From the NCBI GenBank assembly GCA_016703105.1, contig JADJCS010000020.1:112529-176528 (forward strand): 64,000 nucleotides of DNA, in the 5' to 3' direction. Shown here piece after piece: positions 19,562 through 28,150 of the stretch; the first letter of the stretch is position 1; every line of letters begins with the position of its first letter. Source of the stretch: Flavobacteriales bacterium (GTDB taxonomy: Bacteria; Bacteroidota; Bacteroidia; Flavobacteriales_F; PHOS-HE28). Both the position numbers and the translations under genes were made by a program. Under the pieces are notes generated by a model that searched no databases, was not told where the DNA came from, and saw only the letters and a list, made by a program, of their open reading frames with translations.

Positions 19562-20458
19562 GTGTCCCGCACTACGACTTCCCCAGCCTCCGGCGCACAG
19601 GCGTCCTTCGTGCGCGATGTGGCCGCTCTTTTCAAGCTCCGGCTCACGAGTTTGGTGGTGTTCTCCGCCGGCCTTGGCTACCTGATGGGCCTTCCTGCCG
19701 GGACTTTTGATGGTTCTGGCCTCCTCCTGATGGTTCTTGCCGGGGTCCTGATCACCGGTGCGTCCAACGCTTTCAACCAGGTCTGGGAGGTGGACACGGA
19801 CAGCCTGATGCAGCGCACTGCCGACCGCCCGCTCGTCCGCGGCAGCATGAGCAACGGCGTAGCGATGCTATCGGCCACTGTTGCGGCCTTGGCGGGCCTG
19901 GTGATCCTCTGGAGCGCTTTCGGTGTGCTTACCACCATCCTCGGTCTATTGAGCCTTTTCCTTTACGTCGCGCTCTACACCCCGCTGAAGCGGCACAGTC
20001 CCTGGGCCGTTTTTGTGGGGGCCTTCCCGGGTGCTTTCCCGCCGATGTTGGGCTACGTGGCCGCCACAGGCAGCTTCGGTCTAGGACCAGGATTGCTCTT
20101 CGCCATGCAGTTCATGTGGCAATTCCCACACTTCTGGGCCATCGCCTGGGTGTTGGAAGAGGACTACGCCCGCGCAGGGTTCCGTTTGCTGCCATCGCGC
20201 GGTGGTTCGGACCGGTCCAGTGCCTTCCTGATCCTGTTGTACACGCTTTTCGTGATCCCTGTGGGCATGCTCCCCTGGTTCTTCGGTCTCACCGGCGTGA
20301 CCTCCATGGTCGTGGCTTTGCTCGCCGGCATGGTCATGCTGGTGCCTGCCTGGCAGTTGTACATGACCCGTGACCGCAAGGACGCACGACGATTGATGTT
20401 CGCCAGCTTCATCTATCTCCCCGTGGTGCAACTCGCCTACGTGCTGGACAGGCTATGA
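19562..20458 (+). CDS. cyoE: protohaem IX farnesyltransferase (haem O synthase)
   Basis: UbiA-family motifs NQVWEVDTDSLMQRTADRPLVRG with multiple TM helices. The start could be 19541 (TTG) or 19562 (GTG). Confidence 0.9.
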   Translation: MSRTTTSPASGAQASFVRDVAALFKLRLTSLVVFSAGLGYLMGLPAGTFDGSGLLLMVLAGVLITGASNAFNQVWEVDTDSLMQRTADRPLVRGSMSNGVAMLSATVAALAGLVILWSAFGVLTTILGLLSLFLYVALYTPLKRHSPWAVFVGAFPGAFPPMLGYVAATGSFGLGPGLLFAMQFMWQFPHFWAIAWVLEEDYARAGFRLLPSRGGSDRSSAFLILLYTLFVIPVGMLPWFFGLTGVTSMVVALLAGMVMLVPAWQLYMTRDRKDARRLMFASFIYLPVVQLAYVLDRL

Positions 20459-21180
20459 GCGACCTTCCGTACACGCCCGCTGAAGAGCAGGGCCGGAATT
20501 TCCGCACACGGCAACTGATCACGTACCTGATCATTTTCGCGATCGTGATGTTCTTCGCAGGGCTCACAAGCGCCTACGTGGTGAGCATGAGCGGCGGTTA
20601 TTGGGTGGATATCAACCTTCCGCAGGCGTTCCACTACAGCACTGCCTTCATCCTGGTCAGCAGTGTTTTCGCACAGTTGGCGCTGAAAAGTGCGAAGGGT
20701 GGTGCGATCGCCCGCGTAGCGGTGTTCTTGGGGCTTACCCTCGCCTTGGGCATCGGTTTCACCGTGTCCCAGTTCAAGGGCTGGAGCGAACTGGTGGCCA
20801 AAGGCAACTTCGTCGTGGGCAGCGTGCTCCAGAATTCGGGCCTGTACGGTGCGGACTATTCCATCTCCCTGAACGGACAGCCCCTGGTACTGGAGGAGGA
20901 TAAGTTCTACCTCGCGGATGATGTGGTCCGCGTTCGGCCGCTCAACGCCGAACTCGAGGAGCAGAAGAACACCGCCAGCTCGTATTTCTACGCGCTCACA
21001 GTGGCCCACCTCGCCCATTTGGCCGCTGGGCTCATCAGCTTACTGGTGATGTTGATCATGGCTTTGATGGGCCGCTATTCCGCCGGATCCCATGCGGGGC
21101 TGTGGAGCGGCGTCCTCTATTGGCACTTCCTGGGGGGGCTCTGGGTATACCTCCTTTTGTTCTTTCGCTTCGTTCACTAG
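20455..21180 (+). CDS. cytochrome c oxidase subunit III family protein
   Basis: C-terminal HLAHLAAG...VLYWHFLGGLWVYLLLFF signature. The ATG overlaps the cyoE stop (ATGA). Confidence 0.85.
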   Translation: MSDLPYTPAEEQGRNFRTRQLITYLIIFAIVMFFAGLTSAYVVSMSGGYWVDINLPQAFHYSTAFILVSSVFAQLALKSAKGGAIARVAVFLGLTLALGIGFTVSQFKGWSELVAKGNFVVGSVLQNSGLYGADYSISLNGQPLVLEEDKFYLADDVVRVRPLNAELEEQKNTASSYFYALTVAHLAHLAAGLISLLVMLIMALMGRYSAGSHAGLWSGVLYWHFLGGLWVYLLLFFRFVH

Positions 21181-21206
21181 GTTTGCGCCCGGATCAAAGG
21201 AACCCC

Positions 21207-22079
21207 ATGGCAGGAGAAGCGAGCAAGGCCCTGAGCAACGACGTCCTGTGGGGCGGAGGACGCTCCCCGTTCAGCATCAGCTACGGGAAGTTGATGATGT
21301 GGTTCTTTTTGGTGTCCGATGCCCTCACCTTCAGTGGCTTGTTGGTGGCCTATGGGTTCGCGCGCCACGCCGTGGTGGAACCCTGGCCGATCGGCGAAGA
21401 GGTCTTCCGCGCCCTTCCTTTCCTGCACGGCAGCTACCCGTTGATCTATGTGGCCCTGATGACGGCCATCCTCATCTTCAGTTCCGTGACCATGGTGCTG
21501 GCGGTGGAGGCTGGCCATAGAATGGACAAGAAAGGTGTGATCAAATGGCTGTTCCTCACCGTGATCGGCGGCGCCTTCTTCGTCGGTTCGCAAGCGTGGG
21601 AGTGGAGCCACTTCATACACGGTGGCGGAGGGTACATCACCGCACAGGACGGCGCCAAGTACTGGGTCCACAACGATACCCACGACACCCATGACCCGGC
21701 CAACGCGCCAGGCTTCCACTTGGTAAAGGCCGCGCCAGGTCACTACCTCATCGGGGACCACAATGCGGAAGGTGGCCATGTGGAAGGAGCGGAGGCCAAA
21801 GCCCTGTGGGACGATAAGGTCGCCTACATCGATGGCGCCAACATGGTGCGCAATGAATATGGGCCACCCCAATACGGCAACTTCTTCTTCTTCATCACGG
21901 GTTTCCACGGCTTCCACGTCTTCAGTGGGGTGATCATCAACATCATCGTGCTCAGCATGGTGATGAAGGGGGTCTTCCACCGCCGGGGCCACTATGAGAT
22001 GGTCGAGAAGGCCGGTCTCTATTGGCACTTCGTGGACCTTGTGTGGGTGTTCGTTTTCACCTTCTTCTACCTCCTCTGA
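21207..22079 (+). CDS. cytochrome c oxidase subunit III
   Basis: LMMWFFLVSDALTFSGLL...GFHGFHVFSGV...GLYWHFVDLVWVFVFTFFYLL. ATG 21207 is preferred over the track start at 21102. Confidence 0.88.
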   Translation: MAGEASKALSNDVLWGGGRSPFSISYGKLMMWFFLVSDALTFSGLLVAYGFARHAVVEPWPIGEEVFRALPFLHGSYPLIYVALMTAILIFSSVTMVLAVEAGHRMDKKGVIKWLFLTVIGGAFFVGSQAWEWSHFIHGGGGYITAQDGAKYWVHNDTHDTHDPANAPGFHLVKAAPGHYLIGDHNAEGGHVEGAEAKALWDDKVAYIDGANMVRNEYGPPQYGNFFFFITGFHGFHVFSGVIINIIVLSMVMKGVFHRRGHYEMVEKAGLYWHFVDLVWVFVFTFFYLL

Positions 22080-22112
22080 TCAAACGCCTTCGCCGGGCTA
22101 CGGCGGCTTGAA

Positions 22113-22481
22113 ATGGAGCGCGACGACATCATCGAATACAGCCTGGACGCCCACCATAGCGAGGAGACCGGTCGCAAGATCCGCAAGACCATCTGGCAGG
22201 TCACACTGCTCATGGCCATCATCACCACGGTGGAGGTGGCGCTTGGCGCCTATTGGAAGGATTGGTTCCCGAACTCGTGGGGCATGGTGAAGTGGACCTT
22301 CATCGTACTTACGCTCGTAAAGGCCACCTACATCGTCATGTCCTTTATGCACTTGGGCGACGAACGCCGGAACATCCGCGCCATCATCCTGCTGCCTTAC
22401 GGCCTGTTCATCCTGTACCTGCTCTTCATCGCCATCTGGGAATCGAACTACGTGTACCGGATGCTGGAGCTCTTCCAATGA
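22113..22481 (+). CDS. prokaryotic cytochrome c oxidase subunit IV family protein
   Basis: 122 aa with 3 TM helices and KATYIVMSFMHLGDE. Its position after the CoxIII genes fits. Confidence 0.8.
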   Translation: MERDDIIEYSLDAHHSEETGRKIRKTIWQVTLLMAIITTVEVALGAYWKDWFPNSWGMVKWTFIVLTLVKATYIVMSFMHLGDERRNIRAIILLPYGLFILYLLFIAIWESNYVYRMLELFQ

Positions 22482-22488
22482 GCCGCTG

Positions 22489-23193
22489 ATGGAACCCGCC
22501 TCCCGGGCGAAGAAGTTCGCGGTGCTGGGAGGCATCGCAGGGTTCGTGCTTCTTTTGTTCATCTTCTTCTCCCCGCTCGCGGGCATGGTGGAACACAAGT
22601 TCCAATTCCTGCCTTACTTCGGCCCCAAAGAGGTGAACGCCCCGGGCGATACCACTTATTTCACCGTGCCGCCTTTCGCGTTCGAGGACCAGTTCGGCCG
22701 TCCCTTCACCGACCGTTCGGTGGAAGGCAAGATCTTGGTGGTCGACTTCTTTTTCACGCGGTGCGGGACCATCTGCCCGCGCATGACCGTACAAATGCAG
22801 CAGCTTCAGTTGAAGCTCGACGATCCCGCCTATGCCGATGTGGTGTTCCTCAGCCACACCGTCGATCCGGAGAACGATTCCGCCGAAGTGCTGAACGCTT
22901 ATGCACGGCGGTACGAGGCCGATACCGCGCGTTGGAAATTCCTCACCGGAACGAAGGAGGATCTCTATCTCCTTGGGAGCGAAGGCTATTTCCTCGCCGC
23001 ACGGGAGGACGTGATGGCGCCCGAAGGCTTCCTGCACTCCGAGATGTTCGTACTGGTGGACAAGGACCGCCACATACGCGGCTACTACGACGGCACCAGC
23101 ACCGAGCAGGTGGGCAAATTAGCCACCGACCTGAAGATGCTGCTGAAAGAGGAGAAGATCAAGAAGCGCGATGCTGCTTTGGCCCGCGACTGA
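22489..23193 (+). CDS. SCO1/SenC family copper chaperone
   Basis: N-terminal TM helix and a thioredoxin fold with FFFTRCGTICP (CxxxC) and a conserved His region. Confidence 0.88.
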   Translation: MEPASRAKKFAVLGGIAGFVLLLFIFFSPLAGMVEHKFQFLPYFGPKEVNAPGDTTYFTVPPFAFEDQFGRPFTDRSVEGKILVVDFFFTRCGTICPRMTVQMQQLQLKLDDPAYADVVFLSHTVDPENDSAEVLNAYARRYEADTARWKFLTGTKEDLYLLGSEGYFLAAREDVMAPEGFLHSEMFVLVDKDRHIRGYYDGTSTEQVGKLATDLKMLLKEEKIKKRDAALARD

Positions 23194-23242
23194 ACCGTCC
23201 CGACACTGACAACTGGCAACCAGCAACTGCCACCTATCTTCA

Positions 23243-23793
23243 ATGCCCCAGCCCTATCCAGCCCGCCTGCTCGATCTGGCGGAGGCCGTGGCCAAGCGCT
23301 GGATCTGGATCTTCAGTGGGGTGGTCTTTCTTGCGGTCGTGGTGTTGAACCGGGTACAAGTGCCCGCGCCCGGTGGCTTTGATGTGCATGTCTTCGCGCG
23401 GATCAATGCGACCCTCAATAGCGGTGTTAGCCTGCTGCTGCTAGCCGGACTTTTTTCGGCCAAGGCAGGTAATTGGAGGTTGCATCGCGGCGTGATGCTC
23501 TCGGCCATGGTGCTGTCGATCCTCTTCCTGGTGTCGTACATCCTGCACCATTTGTTCGCGGGCGATACACGCTTCGGCGGGGAAGGAGCGGTCCGTGTGG
23601 TGTACTACATCATCCTCGCTACACACATCATCCTTGCGGCGGGGTCGTTGCCCTTCATCCTGCTCACGGCCTATCGCGCGATGTCCGCGCAATACCCGCC
23701 CACCGCAAATTGGCGAAGCGCCTCTGGCCGGTCTGGTTCTACGTGAGCGTGACCGGGGTCGTGGTGTACTTCCTGATCTCGCCTTACTACTAG
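23243..23793 (+). pseudogene. DUF420 (CtaM-like) membrane protein, frame broken at a C-run
   Basis: Track ORF 23243..23746 carries the N-terminal 150 aa. The conserved C-terminus AHRKLAKRLWPVWFYVSVTGVVVYFLISPYY is in the frame of ORF 23473..23793. The frames join if one C is added to CCC 23695-23697 (...AMSAQYP/AHRKL...). Confidence 0.75.
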
Positions 23794-23811
23794 GGAGCCT
23801 ACCTTCGCACC

Positions 23812-24066
23812 ATGAAGTTCCGCTTCATTTTTGCCTTGTTCTTCTTCGTCATGCTTCTTCCTCCAGAAGTGCTGGCGCAAGGTTGTGCGATGTGCAAGGC
23901 CACGGTGGAAAGCCAGGACAAGGCCTTCGGTGGCCCGCAGGCCATCGGCCAGGGGCTCAACAGCGGCATCCTTTACCTCATGGCGGTGCCCTACCTGCTG
24001 CTCTTCCTGCTGTTCCGCAAGAAGATCGTGGGCTTCTTCAAGGAGTTCGCCGGGGCGCAAGGCTGA
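23812..24066 (+). CDS. small membrane protein with signal peptide and CxxC motif, unknown function
   Basis: MKFRFIFALFFFVMLLPPEVLAQGCAMCK... plus a C-terminal TM helix. GC-rich third codon positions support coding. It is the last gene of the oxidase accessory string. Confidence 0.6.
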   Translation: MKFRFIFALFFFVMLLPPEVLAQGCAMCKATVESQDKAFGGPQAIGQGLNSGILYLMAVPYLLLFLLFRKKIVGFFKEFAGAQG

Positions 24067-24095
24067 ACGCGTGCGACGCGAGATCGCATCTCACT

Positions 24096-24103
24096 ATATC
24101 TTT
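24096..24103 (+). promoter_or_regulatory. candidate -7 promoter box (TATCTTTG) driving the SAM riboswitch leader
   Basis: Exact TAnnTTTG, 20 nt upstream of the riboswitch P1 helix. Confidence 0.5.
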
Positions 24104-24123
24104 GCCCCGCGTTCTTTCCGTAC

Positions 24124-24258
24124 GGCTTATCAAGAAAGGCTGAGGGATATGGCCCTTTGAAGCCTTGGCAACCCCTCCCCGCTGCAAGGCGGGGCGCACG
24201 GTGCCAACTCCAACCCCGACACCCCGGTCTACGAACCGGAGCGGGGACCAGATGAGCT
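24124..24258 (+). promoter_or_regulatory. SAM-I (S-box) riboswitch aptamer
   Basis: GGCTTATCAAGAAAGGCTGAGGGATATGGCCCTTTGAAGCCTTGGCAACC...GGTGCCAACTCC...CCAGATGAGC matches the SAM-I core. P1 is GCTTATC/GATGAGC with one G-U pair. P3 is CCCCGC/GCGGGG. P4 is CCCCG...CGGGG with a nested CCGGT/ACCGG. Confidence 0.85.
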
Positions 24259-24289
24259 GCGATCAGGTCCTATGGCACCGCCATAGCCC

Positions 24290-24326
24290 AACCTCATCCA
24301 GCACACGGGTGGGGTTTCTTTTTTCT
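24290..24326 (+). terminator. intrinsic terminator (riboswitch expression platform)
   Basis: A 10-bp stem AACCTCATCC (24290-24299) / GGGTGGGGTT (24307-24316) with two G-U pairs and a 7-nt loop, followed by TCTTTTTTCT. CTCATC in the 5' arm is complementary to the P1 3' strand GATGAG, a candidate antiterminator. Confidence 0.65.
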
Positions 24327-24356
24327 AAGCTGGGATCGGAGCGGCGCGCGTGAACG

Positions 24357-25313
24357 ATGAAGACACTTGAACAACTGGCCCAGGAACGGATCCTGATCCT
24401 GGATGGTGCGATGGGCACGATGATCCAACGCCTTGGGCTTACCGAGGAGGACTTCCACCCGAAGGGTATGGAGGAACACCCGATCCTGCTGAAGGGCAAC
24501 AACGAACTGCTTTCGCTCTCGCGGCCGGAAGCCATCCGCCTGATCCATGAACAATACCTGGAGGCCGGGGCCGACATTGTAGAGACGAACACTTTCAGCG
24601 CCACCAGTATCGCGCAAGGCGAACACCAGTGCGAGCCGCTGGTTCGCGAGATGAACGTTCGCTCGGCCCAGCTGGCCAAAGAGGCATGCGCCAAGTATAC
24701 GGCCCTGGATCCTTCACGTCCACGTTTTGTGGCAGGTGCCATCGGACCCATGAACAAGACGGCTTCGCTGAGCCCTGACGTGAACGATCCCGGTTATCGG
24801 GCCGTGACCTTCGATGAACTAGTGAAGGCCTATGCGGAACAGGTGGATGCACTGCTTGATGGCGGGGTGGACCTGCTGTTGGTGGAGACCATCTTCGACA
24901 CGCTCAACGCCAAGGCCGCTTTCTATGCCATTGAAGAGGTGTTCGAGAAGCGAGGTACGCGTGTGCCGCTGATGTGCAGCGTCACCATCACCGACGCCAG
25001 CGGCCGCACACTCAGCGGACAGACCATCGATGCCTTCCTGATCAGCATGGCGCATGTGCAACTCTTCAGCATGGGCCTGAATTGCGCCCTTGGCGCCGCG
25101 CAGATGCGGCCCTATCTGGAAGTGATCGCGGAGCAGGCGACTTGTCGCACCAGTGTATACCCGAACGCCGGCTTGCCCGATCAGATGGGCGAGTACCGCG
25201 AATCGCCGGAGGTGACCGCGAAGCTCGTGGGTGAGTTCATGGCCAACGGTTGGGTGAACGTGGTGGGTGTTGGGTGCTACACAACTCTCGGGGCGACACC
25301 GGCATGGAACTAG
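24357..25313 (+). CDS. homocysteine S-methyltransferase domain protein (N-terminal module of B12-dependent methionine synthase); 3' end anomalous
   Basis: MKTLEQLAQERILILDGAMGTMIQ... matches the MetH Hcy-binding barrel. It ends at an in-frame TAG. The conserved GGCCG(T/A)TP zinc motif reads GVGCYTTLGATP as called (see findings). Confidence 0.75.
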   Translation: MKTLEQLAQERILILDGAMGTMIQRLGLTEEDFHPKGMEEHPILLKGNNELLSLSRPEAIRLIHEQYLEAGADIVETNTFSATSIAQGEHQCEPLVREMNVRSAQLAKEACAKYTALDPSRPRFVAGAIGPMNKTASLSPDVNDPGYRAVTFDELVKAYAEQVDALLDGGVDLLLVETIFDTLNAKAAFYAIEEVFEKRGTRVPLMCSVTITDASGRTLSGQTIDAFLISMAHVQLFSMGLNCALGAAQMRPYLEVIAEQATCRTSVYPNAGLPDQMGEYRESPEVTAKLVGEFMANGWVNVVGVGCYTTLGATPAWN

Positions 25314-25430
25314 CTGCGCCCTCGCTGCCGAAGCGAAGAAGCACAAGCCCCGGCCCTTGCCCGTATTCGCATAATTCGGCATCCTTGCATTTCTCCGTGT
25401 CCCAGTGCCTCTGTGGTGAATCGTATTGAG

Positions 25431-28124
25431 ATGAGCATCCCGAACTACAGCGGTCTGGAACCGCTCCGCATTTTCCATGGCGCCAACTTCGTCAACATCG
25501 GTGAGCGCACGAACGTCACCGGCAGTGCGGCCTTCCGCAAGTTGATCAAGAACGGCAACTACGATGAGGCCGTGAACGTGGCGCGCCAGCAGGTGGAGAA
25601 CGGTGCGCAGGTGCTCGACGTGAACATGGATGAGGGCCTCATCGATGGTGTGCAAGCCATGACCAAGTTCCTCAACCTCATTGCTGCCGAGCCGGATATC
25701 GCGCGCGTGCCTGTAATGGTGGACTCCTCGAAGTTCTCCGTGATCGAAGCGGGTTTGAAGTGCCTACAGGGCAAAGGCATCGCCAATAGCATCAGCCTGA
25801 AGGAAGGGGAGGCGGAGTTCCTGCGCCAAGCCAAGATCATACGCCGCCTCGGTGCGGCCACCGTGGTGATGTGCTTCGATGAGCAAGGCCAGGCGGACAA
25901 CTTCGAACGCCGCATCCAGATCGCACAACGCGTATACGACCTGCTGATCAAGAAAGCGGGCTTCCCGCCGCACGACATCATCATCGACCCGAACATCCTT
26001 ACGGTTGCCACCGGGATGAGCGAGCACGACCGCTATGCCATCGATTACATCGAGGCCGTTCGTTGGATCAAGCAGAACCTGCCCGGCGCGTTGGTCAGCG
26101 GTGGCGTGAGCAACGTGAGTTTCAGCTTCCGCGGCAACGAACCCGTTCGCGAGGCCATCCACACGGCGTTCTTGTACCATGCCATCCAAGCAGGTATGGA
26201 CATGGGTATTGTGAACGCGGGACAGATCGGCGTGTATGACGATATCCCCAAGGATCTGCTCGAGCACGTGGAGGACGTGCTGTTGGCACGTCGACCGGAT
26301 GCCACCGAGCGTATGGTGACGTTCGCGGAACAGTTCAAGGGAGCGCCATCCGCTGAGGTCATCGCGCAGCAGGCCGCCTGGCGCGAAGGGACTGTCGAAG
26401 AGCGGTTGAAGCATGCGCTGGTGCATGGCGTCACGGAGTTCATAGAAGCGGATACGGAAGAAGCCCGCATGAAATACCACGAACCTGTGCTCGTGATCGA
26501 AGGTCCACTAATGGCCGGCATGACGGTGGTGGGCGACCTCTTCGGTGCGGGCAAAATGTTCCTGCCACAAGTGGTAAAGAGCGCCCGCGTGATGAAGCGG
26601 GCTGTGGCCTACCTTGAGCCTTTCCTGGAAGAGAAAAAGACAGCGCAACAGGTCCTGGGAACGCAACGCGAAGGCGCGAAGAAGGTCCTGCTCGCCACCG
26701 TGAAGGGCGATGTGCACGACATCGGCAAGAACATCGTCGGCGTGATCCTCGCTTGCAACGGTTGGCAGGTGATCGACCTGGGCGTGATGGTGCAGAGTGC
26801 CACCATCCTGCAAGCCGCCCGTGAAATGAAGGTGGACATCATCGGCCTCAGTGGCCTGATCACACCATCGCTGGACGAGATGGTGCATGTGGCGAAGGAG
26901 ATGGAACGCGAAGGCTTCGAAACGCCACTGCTGATCGGCGGTGCCACCACTTCGCGCGTTCATACCGCCGTGCGCATCGCCCCGCACTACAGCAAGCCCG
27001 TGGTCCATGTCATCGACGCCAGCCGCAGTGTACCGGTCGTCAGCAACTTGTTCAGCGACAACGAACGCGAACGGTTCGAATCAGAGTTGAGGGATGAATA
27101 CGCCAAGGTGCGCACCCAGTATGAAGGCCACCAACGAGAGAAGGAGTACGTGCCATTGGCCGAAGCGCGCCAGAAGAAGTTCGCGATCGACTGGACCACA
27201 GAACCGCCTGTAGCGCCGAAGAGCACCGGGGTGTTCACCTACCGCAACTATCCGCTCGAAAAGTTGGTGCCCTATATCGATTGGACGCCCTTCTTCATGG
27301 CGTGGGAACTTGCGGGCAAGTATCCTGCGATCCTCACGGACAGCGTGGTAGGCGCCGAAGCGACCCGCTTGCACCATGACGCGTTGAGGATGCTCGACCG
27401 CATCGTGAAGGAACAGTGGTTGCAAGCCAATGGGGTGGCCGCGATCTGGCCGGCAAACACGGTAGGGGATGACGATATCGAGCTTTACGCCGACGTATCG
27501 CGGAGCAAGCTGCTCGGCCGTTTCCAGACCATGCGCCAGCAATCGAAGAAGGCGCCGGGTGTGCCGTACATCGCACTCGCCGACTTCATCGCGCCGAAGG
27601 GAACGCCTGACTTCGTGGGTGGCTTCGCCGTTACCACCGGACACGGGGTGGATGAAAGAGTGAAGCGGTTCGAGGAGAAGCATGACGACTACAGCGCGAT
27701 CCTGCTCAAAGCCCTGGCCGATCGCCTCGCGGAAGCTTTCGCCGAGAAGCTGCACCAAGAGGTGCGTATGGAGCTCTGGGGCTATGCGGACCATGAGCAC
27801 CTTACCAACGAGCAGCTCATCAAAGAAGAGTACGACGGTATCCGGCCCGCACCCGGTTACCCAGCATGCCCGGACCATACGGAGAAGCCCGAGCTCTTCC
27901 GTCTCCTCGAGGCGGAGAAGCACACGGGCATATCGCTAACGGAAAGTCTCGCCATGTACCCTACGGCCGCGGTCAGTGGGCTGTACTTCGCCCACCCTCG
28001 TTCCAAGTACTTCGGGGTGGGCCGCGTCGCCAAGGACCAGATCCTCGATCTGGCCCGGCGCAAGGGCCAGGAAGCGGTATGGATGGAGCGCTGGCTCAGC
28101 AGCAATCTGGGGTACGAACCTTAG
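25431..28124 (+). CDS. metH: methionine synthase, pterin-binding + B12-binding + AdoMet-activation modules
   Basis: SGLEPL...[32 protein letters not shown] (DxHxxG), SGLITPSL, and a C-terminal [18 protein letters not shown] 25431 is preferred. The track uses GTG 25413. Confidence 0.93.
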   Translation: MSIPNYSGLEPLRIFHGANFVNIGERTNVTGSAAFRKLIKNGNYDEAVNVARQQVENGAQVLDVNMDEGLIDGVQAMTKFLNLIAAEPDIARVPVMVDSSKFSVIEAGLKCLQGKGIANSISLKEGEAEFLRQAKIIRRLGAATVVMCFDEQGQADNFERRIQIAQRVYDLLIKKAGFPPHDIIIDPNILTVATGMSEHDRYAIDYIEAVRWIKQNLPGALVSGGVSNVSFSFRGNEPVREAIHTAFLYHAIQAGMDMGIVNAGQIGVYDDIPKDLLEHVEDVLLARRPDATERMVTFAEQFKGAPSAEVIAQQAAWREGTVEERLKHALVHGVTEFIEADTEEARMKYHEPVLVIEGPLMAGMTVVGDLFGAGKMFLPQVVKSARVMKRAVAYLEPFLEEKKTAQQVLGTQREGAKKVLLATVKGDVHDIGKNIVGVILACNGWQVIDLGVMVQSATILQAAREMKVDIIGLSGLITPSLDEMVHVAKEMEREGFETPLLIGGATTSRVHTAVRIAPHYSKPVVHVIDASRSVPVVSNLFSDNERERFESELRDEYAKVRTQYEGHQREKEYVPLAEARQKKFAIDWTTEPPVAPKSTGVFTYRNYPLEKLVPYIDWTPFFMAWELAGKYPAILTDSVVGAEATRLHHDALRMLDRIVKEQWLQANGVAAIWPANTVGDDDIELYADVSRSKLLGRFQTMRQQSKKAPGVPYIALADFIAPKGTPDFVGGFAVTTGHGVDERVKRFEEKHDDYSAILLKALADRLAEAFAEKLHQEVRMELWGYADHEHLTNEQLIKEEYDGIRPAPGYPACPDHTEKPELFRLLEAEKHTGISLTESLAMYPTAAVSGLYFAHPRSKYFGVGRVAKDQILDLARRKGQEAVWMERWLSSNLGYEP

Positions 28125-28150
28125 CCCCGGGCTCTTCGTAAGCAGGGCCC

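Noticed and set aside
25311-25313. In-frame TAG in metH as programmed read-through or pyrrolysine.
   Set aside because: The window holds no pyl genes or PYLIS-like context. The surrounding 60 nt also show frame scrambling. A natural gene split or local sequence errors explain it more simply.
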